Assembly (NCBI GenBank): GCA_963677485.1
Contig: OY781964.1
Location: forward strand, 4,768,001 to 4,832,000
Source: Armatimonadota bacterium
GTDB lineage: Bacteria > Armatimonadota > HRBIN16
Direction: 5' to 3'
Length of the DNA: 64,000 bases
Each line of letters opens with the position of its first letter. The stretch's first letter is position 1. The position numbers and the translations under genes were made by a program. A model generated the notes under the pieces. That model made no database searches. It was given only the letters and a program-made list of their open reading frames with translations, and was not told where the DNA came from. Of this stretch, positions 39,597 to 49,125 are shown in pieces.

Positions 39597-41654
39597 ATGG
39601 ATTATCAATCGCACCGCGAACCGGTCTCGGACTTCTCTTTTGTGCATATATCGGATGAGCATATCTATCATGATGGTTCTCAACAAGCCATAGTGGAGAT
39701 CGGTCAGCTCAAGCGAGTCGAGCTGCAGCCGTATGGAACCATCGCGGAGAAGCCGGAGTTCGTCATCGACACCGGTGACTGCACGGAATTCGGCGTCAAA
39801 GCCGGCGCGTATGAAACCATATGCGGGTTCTATCGCAACGCAGGTATCCCCCACTATCTGGCCGTGGGAAACCATGACCAAACCTGGGGGGCGCTATCCT
39901 ACGAGATGCGAAAAGAGCACGGTGGGACCTACTATTCATTTGACAGACATGGTGTGCATTTCGCGATCCTGGAATCCGCAAGTCTTCAAGACCCTCGGCC
40001 AGCGTTTAGTCCTGAAGAGCTGAGTTGGCTTCAGTCTGACCTTGAGAAGGTTGGGCCGGATGCTCCTGTGTTTCTGGCCTTCCATCATCCGCTGAACGGC
40101 TCGGAATTTGCCAGCAGTTATGAGGTGGACCGGCTTCTTGACGTCATTCAGCCTTACCATATCGTGCTCATGATGGTGGGCCATGGGCACACTGCAGAAC
40201 ACTCGGTTTTTGCGGGTATCGATATGGTTCAAGGAGGATCTCCTTGGGGTGGACAACCCGGCTATCAGCTTGTGTCTATTCAAAATGGTATGCTGCGGGT
40301 CGCGTATAAGCTGACCGGAACTCCTGCCGCAACCATCCCGATGCTGGAAAAGTCCCTATCCGCTCCAGCCACACATGTCCCTGACATATCAGTCATATCA
40401 CCGAAATCTGAAGAAACCGTAAGGGGCAAGTTCACGGTAGTTGCCCAGATTACTGGCGTTCCTGTGCTGAGTGCCGTGGTTGAAATTGACGGTGCCACCA
40501 AAGTCCAAATGTCACCATCCGTAAGTGGCAGGTATCAAGCCGATGTGGCGGCGACGTCCCTGGAGCCCGGAGCTCACACCCTAAGGTGCCTGTTCACAGG
40601 AGCAGATGGGGTGAGTTATCAGCATAGCAGCTGCTATTATACCCAATCTCCAGAGGTTGATGTGGTCTGGCGCACCAACCTGACGGCAGGCAGTAAAAGC
40701 ACCCTTGCAATCGCAAAAAGTCTCGTTCTGGTAGGCGACAACGCAGGTACACTGCATGCGCTGCAACAGCGTACTGGTACTGAGGCCTGGAGTTACAAAG
40801 CCGGCGGAGCCATCGTTGGTGAGCCGCTGGTCAACGGGCAAGCTGTCATCGTGGGCGATGACAATGGGGTGTTGAGCTCGATCTCCCTAGCCACAGGACG
40901 TCCGGTCTGGAAATATGACTGCGGCGACCCCATCTACTCAACACCAGTGACTGACGGACGTCTGGTGTTTTTCGGATGCCGCAGTGGGGCGTTTTATGGT
41001 GTCGATATCAACACAGGCAAGCCTGTATGGAAGAAGAACCATGCCACCTACTGTATCGAAGCCAAGCCATTCATATCGGGTGATCGGGTTATCTTCGGAG
41101 CCTGGGACTGCTATATCTATTGCCTGGACTGCCGAGATGGAGCCCTGATCTGGAAGTGCATGTGCAAAGGGAGTGCAGAGGGGATTGCACCGGCTTACTA
41201 CAGTGCCTCCGACGCTGGGCCTGTGCAATGCGGCAGCCGAGTTTTGGCCGCTGACCGAAAATACAGGCTGTCAGTCATTAACGCTCGCAATGGCGTGCTC
41301 GTAAAATCTCAAACGAGTGTGTCTGCCGTTTCATTATCCGCCGACAGCCGCACCGTGTATACGCGAGGTACCAACGGTAAACTAAGCAAGATTGATATCA
41401 ATGGCCTACCGGTCTGGTCAGTCGACGCCCCAACCGACTCTATCCCCGCTGCCCCTTGCGAAAAGGACGGAGTGGTGTATGTCGCCTCAGGCAAGGGGCT
41501 CGTTAGCGCCTTCAGCGCCTCAGCAGGGCGCCTGCTTTGGAGTTACCAGGCCACGCCACGGATGTATATGTTCGCAGGTGTAGGTGTTGATTCAGGCGTG
41601 GCATACGTGGTCGGCTCGGATGGGATGATCACCGCGCTTCGCCCGAGGCGATGA
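39597..41654 (+). CDS. Calcineurin-like metallophosphoesterase fused to Ig-like and PQQ-like beta-propeller domains
   Basis: DEH, GD, GNHD, HH, GHGH motifs; repeated G..vW propeller blades. Confidence 0.8.
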   Translation: MDYQSHREPVSDFSFVHISDEHIYHDGSQQAIVEIGQLKRVELQPYGTIAEKPEFVIDTGDCTEFGVKAGAYETICGFYRNAGIPHYLAVGNHDQTWGALSYEMRKEHGGTYYSFDRHGVHFAILESASLQDPRPAFSPEELSWLQSDLEKVGPDAPVFLAFHHPLNGSEFASSYEVDRLLDVIQPYHIVLMMVGHGHTAEHSVFAGIDMVQGGSPWGGQPGYQLVSIQNGMLRVAYKLTGTPAATIPMLEKSLSAPATHVPDISVISPKSEETVRGKFTVVAQITGVPVLSAVVEIDGATKVQMSPSVSGRYQADVAATSLEPGAHTLRCLFTGADGVSYQHSSCYYTQSPEVDVVWRTNLTAGSKSTLAIAKSLVLVGDNAGTLHALQQRTGTEAWSYKAGGAIVGEPLVNGQAVIVGDDNGVLSSISLATGRPVWKYDCGDPIYSTPVTDGRLVFFGCRSGAFYGVDINTGKPVWKKNHATYCIEAKPFISGDRVIFGAWDCYIYCLDCRDGALIWKCMCKGSAEGIAPAYYSASDAGPVQCGSRVLAADRKYRLSVINARNGVLVKSQTSVSAVSLSADSRTVYTRGTNGKLSKIDINGLPVWSVDAPTDSIPAAPCEKDGVVYVASGKGLVSAFSASAGRLLWSYQATPRMYMFAGVGVDSGVAYVVGSDGMITALRPRR

Positions 41655-41683
41655 ACGGGGTTCAACGGTGATGATCAGGGACC

Positions 41684-41741
41684 TAACGCAAAGGCGCAAG
41701 GATTTTAACGCAATGGCGCAAAGAGGCAAAGACGCAAAGGG
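41684..41741 (+). repeat. Left array of 8-bp nnGCAAAG units
   Basis: taacgcaaaggcgcaag-ga-ttttaacgcaatggcgcaaagaggcaaagacgcaaaggg. Confidence 0.85.
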
Positions 41742-41826
41742 ATTTATAAATGGCTGTCTGATGATAAATCCCGATAATGTCAACGCGATGTGATACGAAT
41801 ATCGACATATCTAATCACGATGACCA

Positions 41827-42354
41827 CTATAATCCGTTCACAACTCTATGAATGCCGTGAGAGACATACTTCTCACCGAAATTGATAACTAATCCTAGTT
41901 TAAGCCCTGTTAGTCGCAGATATGTTAGTGTTTGCGCTTCGAAAATAGGGTTGTATGCTGCGACAGACTTGCATTCGATAATGACCTTGCCAGCTACAAC
42001 CATGTCGACACGAAGTGGTGACGACAGTATCTGCCCTTTATATGATATAGGGAGTGACATCTGTCGTTCTACATTAAGTCCCTGATGATGAAGCTCCCAC
42101 GCTAGTGCCTCTTCATATACGCTTTCTAGCAATCCCGGACCTCCAAGATTTCGATGGACCTCAATGGCGCATTTAACGATCAGCCGACTGATTACATTTT
42201 CAACATACTGAGCATCATAAGCACCATGACGATCACCTATCACTGTGTTTTCGTCAGGATCTATCGAAGTAATTCCATCATCGATACTGCGATTCTGTTC
42301 TTTTTCATTTTGATCGTGTCTATTCATATGTATTCTCACGCTCGAATCTGCCAT
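41827..42354 (-). CDS. GxxExxY protein (PD-(D/E)XK nuclease superfamily)
   Basis: EVHRNLGGPGLLESVYE, RVDMVV, IIECKS, QTLTYL, GLVINFG; start uncertain. Confidence 0.92.
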   Translation of the reverse strand: MADSSVRIHMNRHDQNEKEQNRSIDDGITSIDPDENTVIGDRHGAYDAQYVENVISRLIVKCAIEVHRNLGGPGLLESVYEEALAWELHHQGLNVERQMSLPISYKGQILSSPLRVDMVVAGKVIIECKSVAAYNPIFEAQTLTYLRLTGLKLGLVINFGEKYVSHGIHRVVNGL

Positions 42355-42376
42355 CGCCAGCCACTTTCATTACTCC

Positions 42377-42415
42377 CCCTTTGCGTCATTGCCACTTTGC
42401 GTCTTTGCGTTAAAA
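42377..42415 (-). repeat. Right inverted array of 8-bp nnGCAAAG units
   Basis: ccctttgcgtcattgccactttgcgtctttgcgttaaaa, the reverse complement of the left array with 4 mismatches. Confidence 0.85.
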
Positions 42416-42445
42416 GTATTATCGCATCGTTACATGACTACATCG

Positions 42446-44713
42446 CTACTCCTTGTACACCGCGTGCATGCCGGTGAACAGCAACTCGCCTTTCACCGCG
42501 TAGCCGGGACTGTCCACTAGTAACAGCGTGTCGACCTTCACAGGCATGACCATCGTCTCCGGATGATTCGCGGAACCGCCCCACTGCCCCATTTGGCCTA
42601 AATCGGTAAGGTCGCAACTCATCAAGCGCCACCCTTTGAAGTCTACACGCCCGAAGCTGGATTGATAAGTGCGCCCCATACGATCCACCAATCGAATATT
42701 GATGATACACTTGTTGCCATCACCGTATACCCACACCCCCATCGAGTCAGGTAACCTGGTGAACACCTGTGGAGTAGTCGGAACCAACCTCACGAACTTC
42801 CATCCGTTACCGTAGTCATATGTGTATTTCAGAGCTTGCCCTATGGGTAAGAGCGAGCTTTTCACTTCGGCGATACCTAACGAATGCGTCGATGCCACCT
42901 CAGGTTTCCCATCTACATAACTTACGAGCTTCAGAAGGTCGGCACTAACAGACTGCATCCGCATGCGTCCAGAATCTGCCATGAGCTGATTGCCTTTCAG
43001 CAGTACAACTCGTAGCAGTGCAGAGGTGTTCACAGGGATCTTCAAATTGGCGTAGATTTCACTGCCTGCACGCGTGATTGTCACCCCGTCTGTATTATCA
43101 CCGCTGGTCAGCGGTACGGTTCGCTTGGTGTTGGAGTATATAACAAGTTTGTTGTCAGATGAAATCCTCTCTACGCCTTTCAGAATCACTGTCAGGTGAT
43201 CCACAGCGGTTCGCGAGAGGCTGAGAGACATCTCGTTCACGCCTATAAACATGATCTTTTGGTCGAACTGCATCTGACCGATGTGCAACTGCAGGCTCAA
43301 ACTCTTCTCCACATCGTCTTGCCTTACCGGTGATGGTCCTTGCCAGTGGAAATATGCAGTCTTGCCAGGTCCGACTACTACCTCAGTTGGATCCGTAAAC
43401 CGACCTGTCACATTGACCAGGTTGGTCACTTTCAACATATATTTCTGTGGTGAAGCAGACGGGTTAGTGACCCTGACGGAGAACTCAGGCCGCATCGATG
43501 TGTTCGAAACTCCGCACTTAATGAATGTTCTATGATTTACTACTTGCCAGTCGGCTTCTGCACGGAGTCGTAAGGCCTTGGCCGGGATGATGAGGTAGAC
43601 AGGCGATGATGTCAATCCGATGGATGGCATGCCTGGCACACTCACAGCGTGCGGTGCGGCGGTGGTCCAAGCTGCCAATTTGAGTAGGTTACCCGTGCCA
43701 AACATCAACAGATAATCATCCGGTTTGGAGGCGATTCGCTTGATGAACTTCATGCCGCGAAGAGCGGCTATCAGCTGTTTCGCTGTAGCATAACTTGGCT
43801 TTGGCTGGTAATCCTGCCGGACCGTTCCGAACCGATGCTCGTTGTAATTGGGGTCAGGACCATCATCATGCCAGTCATACCAGATCGAAACCGGTACATT
43901 CTGCGATAGGTTTATGAGGTACTGCCGCACAATATACTCACTCTGCTGCTTCTCCGTGTAGTTTCCGATTGCGGTCGAATAACCCCACTCACCCGATAAT
44001 ATCGGAATGTCCTGCCTGGATGGGTCGATCTGCGCGATGAGTTGGCGTAGTTTTTGGTATTCAGAAGCCACGGTTTCAGGAATGCCACCTCGATATGGGT
44101 GCACAGTGATGGCATCCACCAGCGGTAATAGGCCCTTTTTGAAACAGGCTTCCAGAAATCCAAGATCAATGCTAGCCGATGCAGGAGCCACACAGGTCGC
44201 ATTAGGATCAGCTTTTTTGATGGCAGGGATCACGGCTTTAGCCAGGGCCACATACTCATCGGGGCTGGGTATCGGCTTCCAGAACCCAATATTGGGCTCA
44301 TTCCACAGCTCCCACAATATCGGTTTGCCACGGTAGTGCGTTGCGGCTGCACTCGCAAATGCGGCAAATGCCTTGCGTCCCGCTTCGGTGCGGACGCTGC
44401 TCTCCTTCTCATATAATGTGTTGCTGTAGTCCAATATAAAAATTGGCCGTATGGTCCGTTGGAGCAAACCATCCAACAGCTTGTCATAGGCCTCAAAATG
44501 GTAAACACCAGGTTTCTTCTCTATGTCACCCCAGGCGAAATCCATGCGGATCATCTGCCAGCCAGCCTGATGAATCATGTCAAGGTCTTGCTTGGGAGCG
44601 CCAGTAAAGTGGATATTCACTCCCCAACCGTTAGGTACCACGAGTTCTGGCAATTTCGCTGCATGGCACGCGAGTGACGCTGCCATAAACAATGCTATCA
44701 ATGGTGTTTTCAT
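42446..44713 (-). CDS. Secreted clan GH-A glycoside hydrolase (GH5/GH39-like) with C-terminal CBM-like domain
   Basis: Signal peptide; WELWNEP acid/base, VHPY, ILSGEWGYS nucleophile. Confidence 0.8.
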   Translation of the reverse strand: MKTPLIALFMAASLACHAAKLPELVVPNGWGVNIHFTGAPKQDLDMIHQAGWQMIRMDFAWGDIEKKPGVYHFEAYDKLLDGLLQRTIRPIFILDYSNTLYEKESSVRTEAGRKAFAAFASAAATHYRGKPILWELWNEPNIGFWKPIPSPDEYVALAKAVIPAIKKADPNATCVAPASASIDLGFLEACFKKGLLPLVDAITVHPYRGGIPETVASEYQKLRQLIAQIDPSRQDIPILSGEWGYSTAIGNYTEKQQSEYIVRQYLINLSQNVPVSIWYDWHDDGPDPNYNEHRFGTVRQDYQPKPSYATAKQLIAALRGMKFIKRIASKPDDYLLMFGTGNLLKLAAWTTAAPHAVSVPGMPSIGLTSSPVYLIIPAKALRLRAEADWQVVNHRTFIKCGVSNTSMRPEFSVRVTNPSASPQKYMLKVTNLVNVTGRFTDPTEVVVGPGKTAYFHWQGPSPVRQDDVEKSLSLQLHIGQMQFDQKIMFIGVNEMSLSLSRTAVDHLTVILKGVERISSDNKLVIYSNTKRTVPLTSGDNTDGVTITRAGSEIYANLKIPVNTSALLRVVLLKGNQLMADSGRMRMQSVSADLLKLVSYVDGKPEVASTHSLGIAEVKSSLLPIGQALKYTYDYGNGWKFVRLVPTTPQVFTRLPDSMGVWVYGDGNKCIINIRLVDRMGRTYQSSFGRVDFKGWRLMSCDLTDLGQMGQWGGSANHPETMVMPVKVDTLLLVDSPGYAVKGELLFTGMHAVYKE

Positions 44714-44799
44714 AAAGCCTCCTGGGTATTAGTAGGTATATCTTACCTGTTTGGCGAAACTATGTGTAATACGCCTATGCGACTCAGGAGCTACAATTA

Positions 44800-45303
44800 A
44801 TGAATGAAGATGAACGTCGCCAAACCAATGATGACCGACTTAGCATGATCGACGCATCTATTCGCCAAAAGGTGGCTGATGTGCTTGCCGAGATGGAAGC
44901 ACTCGGAGAACGCCCCATGATTCACCACGAATTATGGCGCACGCCAGAAGAGCAAGTGGCGATTTTCCACAGAGGCGACTCGCAGGTGACTTGGAGCTAC
45001 CACTGCGCCACCGACCCTCAAGGCAACCCCTCGAGCCTGGCAGCAGATATCGTCGATGCCGATGCAGACGAACAGGCAACACATCAATTTTGGATGAAAC
45101 TGGGCCATTGTGCGATGAAGCGCCAAATGGAATGGGGCGGCTTGTGGGGCTTACCTGAGGAACAACGACAGCGGATTCGCGATTTCGCGGCGGCCTGTCA
45201 CTGGGATGCGGAAATTGAGCTGGGATGGGACAAACCACACATCCAAACCACGGAAGTGACTCTGGCGGAAGCCAAAACTGGCAAGCGCTACCGGTCAGAA
45301 TAA
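44800..45303 (+). CDS. M15-family metallopeptidase (L-Ala-D-Glu/D-Ala-D-Ala peptidase-like)
   Basis: RTPEEQ, SYH, AADIV, EWGG.W, DKPHIQ. Confidence 0.78.
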   Translation: MNEDERRQTNDDRLSMIDASIRQKVADVLAEMEALGERPMIHHELWRTPEEQVAIFHRGDSQVTWSYHCATDPQGNPSSLAADIVDADADEQATHQFWMKLGHCAMKRQMEWGGLWGLPEEQRQRIRDFAAACHWDAEIELGWDKPHIQTTEVTLAEAKTGKRYRSE

Positions 45304-45306
45304 CGC

Positions 45307-45339
45307 ACCGCCCGTAATGATCTTTCCATTACGGGCGGT
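45307..45339. terminator. Hairpin between convergent genes
   Basis: accgcccgtaatg / cattacgggcggt 13-bp stem. Confidence 0.65.
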
Positions 45340-45355
45340 AGTCTGCGAATAGCTC

Positions 45356-46609
45356 TTATTCGCCGTGGTATCCGATGCGTTCCCAAACCGCTCTGGCTTC
45401 TGCGATCGCCTCGTCAGTGGGCGTCTTCCAGCCTTTGATGCTTGGTGGGGGCTGCCCTGGGCCTGCGTCTTTCGGCCATGGCGACCAATGGTCGTTCTCG
45501 TATAACTTCCGCTGTTCTTCGTCCCGGAAGTCGGGCATGTCAAATGGCTTGCCGTCTTCAAGCGCGCTCTTCCAGGCCAGAATTCCCACGCTAGACATGG
45601 CCACACCACGGTAAACATCAAGGAATGGCTGCACTCCACTGCGTATGGAGTTTGCGAACTCGAAGTTCGTCCAGAAGTCGCCTCCCCCATGACCAGCCGA
45701 ATCAGCCAGCTCGCCATGCACGGGCCAGTCCGGTGAATAGACACGGTTTAGCGGCTGTCCTGGGAACCTATCCCACTCATCATGCCAGACGCGAACCTCT
45801 TGCGGACCGAAATAACCTGGACCTCGGGTAATTTCCATCGCACCGTGGTTGCCATGCACGCGATACCAGTTGCTATGGCCAGGAACTCCAAGCCCGAACA
45901 ATCGGAAGACGGAACCGTTGCTCATTCGACACAGGATGACCGACCCGCGATCTCCCATTCGGATGTTGTTCTCTTCAACTTCCCTCACGTTCATCGAAAG
46001 GGCGTTGATCTTCATAGGCATGGTGTCAGTTATGAACATGAGTGGTGCCAGAGCGTGGGTGCAGTAATAAGTGGAAGGCAGCCAGTTTCGCCAGTGCTTC
46101 ATACCCGGCGATATCTCGTATGTGGCCGGACGAGGCATCGGGTGGTTATACTCACCTTCGGCATAGGTGACCTCACCCAGCTCACCGGTCTTGTAGACGC
46201 GCTGCATCTCCATATTGAATTTGGTGTAAGGGTAGTTTTCCGCCAGCATATAGATCAAGCCGGACTCTTCTACCGCGCGGCAGAGCGCCACGCCTTCCGC
46301 CAGCGTGGTGTTGCTTGCGGTCTCACTCATGACATGCTTGCCAGCCTTCAACGCTTTGATGGCGAAGGGGGCATGTTCGTTGAAATAGTTGGCCAGAATC
46401 ACGGCGTCCATGTCGTGCTTCAGGAATTCGTCGTAATCGGTGTAGGTGGCGACATCGTGTTTTTTCCCAACATCGTTCAACCGCTCTTCCCAGGTGTCAC
46501 AAAGAGCCACCAGCTTCATGCCGGCAGAACCGCCCTCCATGAAACTCTGTCCGCGGCCCACACCCAGTACGCCTACCTTGATAAGCTGTTCAGAATCCTG
46601 CTGGCTCAT
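45356..46609 (-). CDS. Gfo/Idh/MocA family oxidoreductase
   Basis: VGVLGVGRG, ALKAGKHVMSE, YMLAENY, GEYNH, GHGGGD; GGAGG SD. Confidence 0.9.
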   Translation of the reverse strand: MSQQDSEQLIKVGVLGVGRGQSFMEGGSAGMKLVALCDTWEERLNDVGKKHDVATYTDYDEFLKHDMDAVILANYFNEHAPFAIKALKAGKHVMSETASNTTLAEGVALCRAVEESGLIYMLAENYPYTKFNMEMQRVYKTGELGEVTYAEGEYNHPMPRPATYEISPGMKHWRNWLPSTYYCTHALAPLMFITDTMPMKINALSMNVREVEENNIRMGDRGSVILCRMSNGSVFRLFGLGVPGHSNWYRVHGNHGAMEITRGPGYFGPQEVRVWHDEWDRFPGQPLNRVYSPDWPVHGELADSAGHGGGDFWTNFEFANSIRSGVQPFLDVYRGVAMSSVGILAWKSALEDGKPFDMPDFRDEEQRKLYENDHWSPWPKDAGPGQPPPSIKGWKTPTDEAIAEARAVWERIGYHGE

Positions 46610-46804
46610 GGTCTCCTCCATATAATGTAAATATCGATAGCTTGCAATCTTCTGTTCTGCGTTGTAATATCCAGAGGTGACTACACCATCTGGAATCCTC
46701 AACATGCTCATTTTACCCAGATAACTGTATGGATGTGCGTGCTGAATATGTCGCTTTTCAGGGGATATTTATGAATTTCAGAGATGATCAGAAAGGAGGC
46801 CTGT

Positions 46805-47605
46805 ATGGTTGATTTCCGCATCCTGCACGTGGGTGTATACAGCAATCCGGAACGCAACAGGCAGTTTATCGAGTGTGCGACGATCTCCTTCAACATATCC
46901 GGCCTTATTCAGATGAGTCAAAATGGATATGCGCTGGATGCTTCGGCACCGTGGCTGAAAATCGGCCCTCCAGGCTCACTGGTCGTGTTTGAATACGGAA
47001 AGAATCGCGAAAACTGGGTTATCCTTCTTGACACCCCGCATATACGAAGCTCTGAACGTCCAGGGTTTATTCAGGTATTCTACCGAAACCAATGGATTGA
47101 ATATCCGCATGTGGTACCTATTGAGTCTGAACGCGTCGCGGGGTTACGCATGGAATTTGAGCGCATACAGGAATCTGTGCAAAGCCCATTTCCAAAAAAC
47201 CAGCTCCTCGCAGACTTAGGCGTGATGAATCTGATACGAACCGTGCTCAACCACAACACCGGTATCCTGAGCCAGAGCCCAGCCGCTCTGCTTAAGAAAC
47301 TCATCGATGCAGATAACTGCTATCACGTAAGTCTGTCAGAGCTCAGCCTGCAATGCGGTCTGTCCGTCGATCACATGAGAACGCTCTTCCGCAAGGAATT
47401 TAACATGAGCCCAGTTCAATATCGAAACAATAGGCGCATGGCCATGGCGATGGAATACATCGCAAATTCGAGATTGAGCGTGTCTGAGATTGCAGGCAAA
47501 CTAGGCTACGCTCATGTGTCGCATTTTTCGGCCGTATTTCATACATGTTTCGAAGTCTCTCCCACCCAGGCGATACAAAGATTTCGGCATGGGGTCACTG
47601 CCTGA
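46805..47605 (+). CDS. AraC-family transcriptional regulator
   Basis: C-terminal double HTH (LFRKEFNMSP, SVSEIAGKLGY..VSHFS..F); AGGAGG SD; divergent from the oxidoreductase. Confidence 0.9.
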   Translation: MVDFRILHVGVYSNPERNRQFIECATISFNISGLIQMSQNGYALDASAPWLKIGPPGSLVVFEYGKNRENWVILLDTPHIRSSERPGFIQVFYRNQWIEYPHVVPIESERVAGLRMEFERIQESVQSPFPKNQLLADLGVMNLIRTVLNHNTGILSQSPAALLKKLIDADNCYHVSLSELSLQCGLSVDHMRTLFRKEFNMSPVQYRNNRRMAMAMEYIANSRLSVSEIAGKLGYAHVSHFSAVFHTCFEVSPTQAIQRFRHGVTA

Positions 47606-47635
47606 AGGCCCCACACTGCGATCTGGCTCTTGGCT

Positions 47636-48145
47636 CTACAGTTGCTGCATAGCATATAGTGAAGTCAATATGTCCCGATTTTTGGGATTGTAAAATTCGC
47701 CGACCTTTCGCATACCGATCTTTTCAGCAACCCTCTGTGAGGCGATATGGTTCCATGGCATATTGGCATGCAATGCATCGACATTCAGTCGCCGGAATGC
47801 ATAATCTCTCATCATCGCCGCCGCCTCGGTGCCGTATCCTTGACGCCAATGCTCGCTGGCGATTATCCAGCCGATGTCCTCAACTTCCATATCATTCACA
47901 GTGGCGCTGATCACTCCGCAATCGCCAATGAACTCGCCTGTGGACGCCAGTATCACCGCTCTGCGGCCAAAACCCGCCTCCTCGTAGAGGTCTGTGTTCT
48001 TCATGATCCAATCCCGCGTCTCAGAGCGTGTGTAAGGACGGGGCCAGAAGCTCATAGTCTCCGGGTCTGAGAGAATCGCATACAAGCTCTCGAGATCATC
48101 TTGAATATAATCCCGAATCACTAACCTTTTTGTTTGGATGATCAT
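47636..48145 (-). CDS. GNAT N-acetyltransferase (RimJ/RimL-like)
   Basis: TKRLVIR, IGW....HWRQGYGTEAA, ASQRVAEKIGM. Confidence 0.9.
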   Translation of the reverse strand: MIIQTKRLVIRDYIQDDLESLYAILSDPETMSFWPRPYTRSETRDWIMKNTDLYEEAGFGRRAVILASTGEFIGDCGVISATVNDMEVEDIGWIIASEHWRQGYGTEAAAMMRDYAFRRLNVDALHANMPWNHIASQRVAEKIGMRKVGEFYNPKNRDILTSLYAMQQL

Positions 48146-48188
48146 ATCCGTTTCCCCCTGTTCGTCTGGTGTTGATAACCTGCGGAAC

Positions 48189-49043
48189 TTACAGATGATA
48201 CGCTCTTTTCACCATGGCCAGGAACATATGGGTGGGCAATACTCGTCTCAGGAACAAGAGCATTGGGGCCGGATGGCCGACTGCGTAACGCATCTTGTTG
48301 CTGCCATCTGTTGCGGCTTTATAGATCACACCGGCCACCACATCAGGCTGCTCGCCTTTGGCACTGCCTTCCATTGTCACCTTGTCTACCATCTCCACAT
48401 ACTTGGTATACATCGGAAGATGGATAGCGTTGATGAATGTGCGGCTACGGCCATAGAAGTCCGTGTTGATAGCCCCAGGCTCGATGATCTTGATGCGGAT
48501 ACCGAAGGGCTCCATTTCGTAGTGCAGCGACTCCGAAAAGCCCTCTACTGCCCATTTCGTCGCGTGATAGATACTGTAGAGAGGAAACGTGAGGCGTCCG
48601 CCCATACTGGCGATCTGCACTATCACGCCTCCGCAGCGCTCCCGGAAGTGCGGAATCAGGGCTCGAGTGACCCGCATCAATCCGAACACATTGGTGTCAA
48701 ACTGACGGTGAATGTCTTCGTCGCTCATCGCCTCAAACACACCGTCGATGGAGAAACCGGCGTTGTTCACCAGCACATCAATCTGACCAAACTGAGCGAT
48801 CGCCGCTGCAAGTGCCGTTTTGATGCTCTCTGAGTTGGTCACGTCCAAGGTGAATAGTTGGATATGCGGATGATCACCGAGTGTCTTTTCGTTCTCCGGA
48901 TTCCGCATCGTAGCCGCCACGTTCCAGCCATGGTCTGCGAAGTAGGTCGCGGTCGATCGACCTATACCTGTAGATGAACCTGTTATGAATACTGTCTTGT
49001 CCAATGTTTTCACCACCTTGCCACTGTATTGCGTTGTGATCAA
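48189..49043 (-). CDS. SDR family oxidoreductase
   Basis: TGSSTGIG, NNAG, YHATK; start uncertain. Confidence 0.92.
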   Translation of the reverse strand: MITTQYSGKVVKTLDKTVFITGSSTGIGRSTATYFADHGWNVAATMRNPENEKTLGDHPHIQLFTLDVTNSESIKTALAAAIAQFGQIDVLVNNAGFSIDGVFEAMSDEDIHRQFDTNVFGLMRVTRALIPHFRERCGGVIVQIASMGGRLTFPLYSIYHATKWAVEGFSESLHYEMEPFGIRIKIIEPGAINTDFYGRSRTFINAIHLPMYTKYVEMVDKVTMEGSAKGEQPDVVAGVIYKAATDGSNKMRYAVGHPAPMLLFLRRVLPTHMFLAMVKRAYHL

Positions 49044-49125
49044 AGTATACCCGGATAGCGGGAGTTACAGGTGCCTAAACCGTGTCCTGTGAGAGAAACA
49101 GCCTGACTTACCTCATGGCGAGGCA

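Larger units (their letters stand above)
41703..42415. mobile_element. Putative inverted-repeat-bounded cassette carrying a GxxExxY nuclease gene
   Basis: 39-bp inverted repeats at 41703-41741 and 42377-42415 (35/39 identical); AT-richer interior; sits between convergent genes; no TSD seen. Confidence 0.5.

Noticed and set aside
41684-41741. Possible CRISPR array
   Set aside because: Units are 8 bp with no unique spacers, and there are no cas genes in the window.
41592-41783. Short ORF with FASLPLCAIALKSLRLCVR (similar peptide in 42154-42477)
   Set aside because: These peptides are just translations of the octamer DNA repeats.
45782-46630. 282-aa antisense ORF inside the Gfo/Idh/MocA gene
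   Set aside because: Fully antisense to a well-supported gene; no protein motifs.
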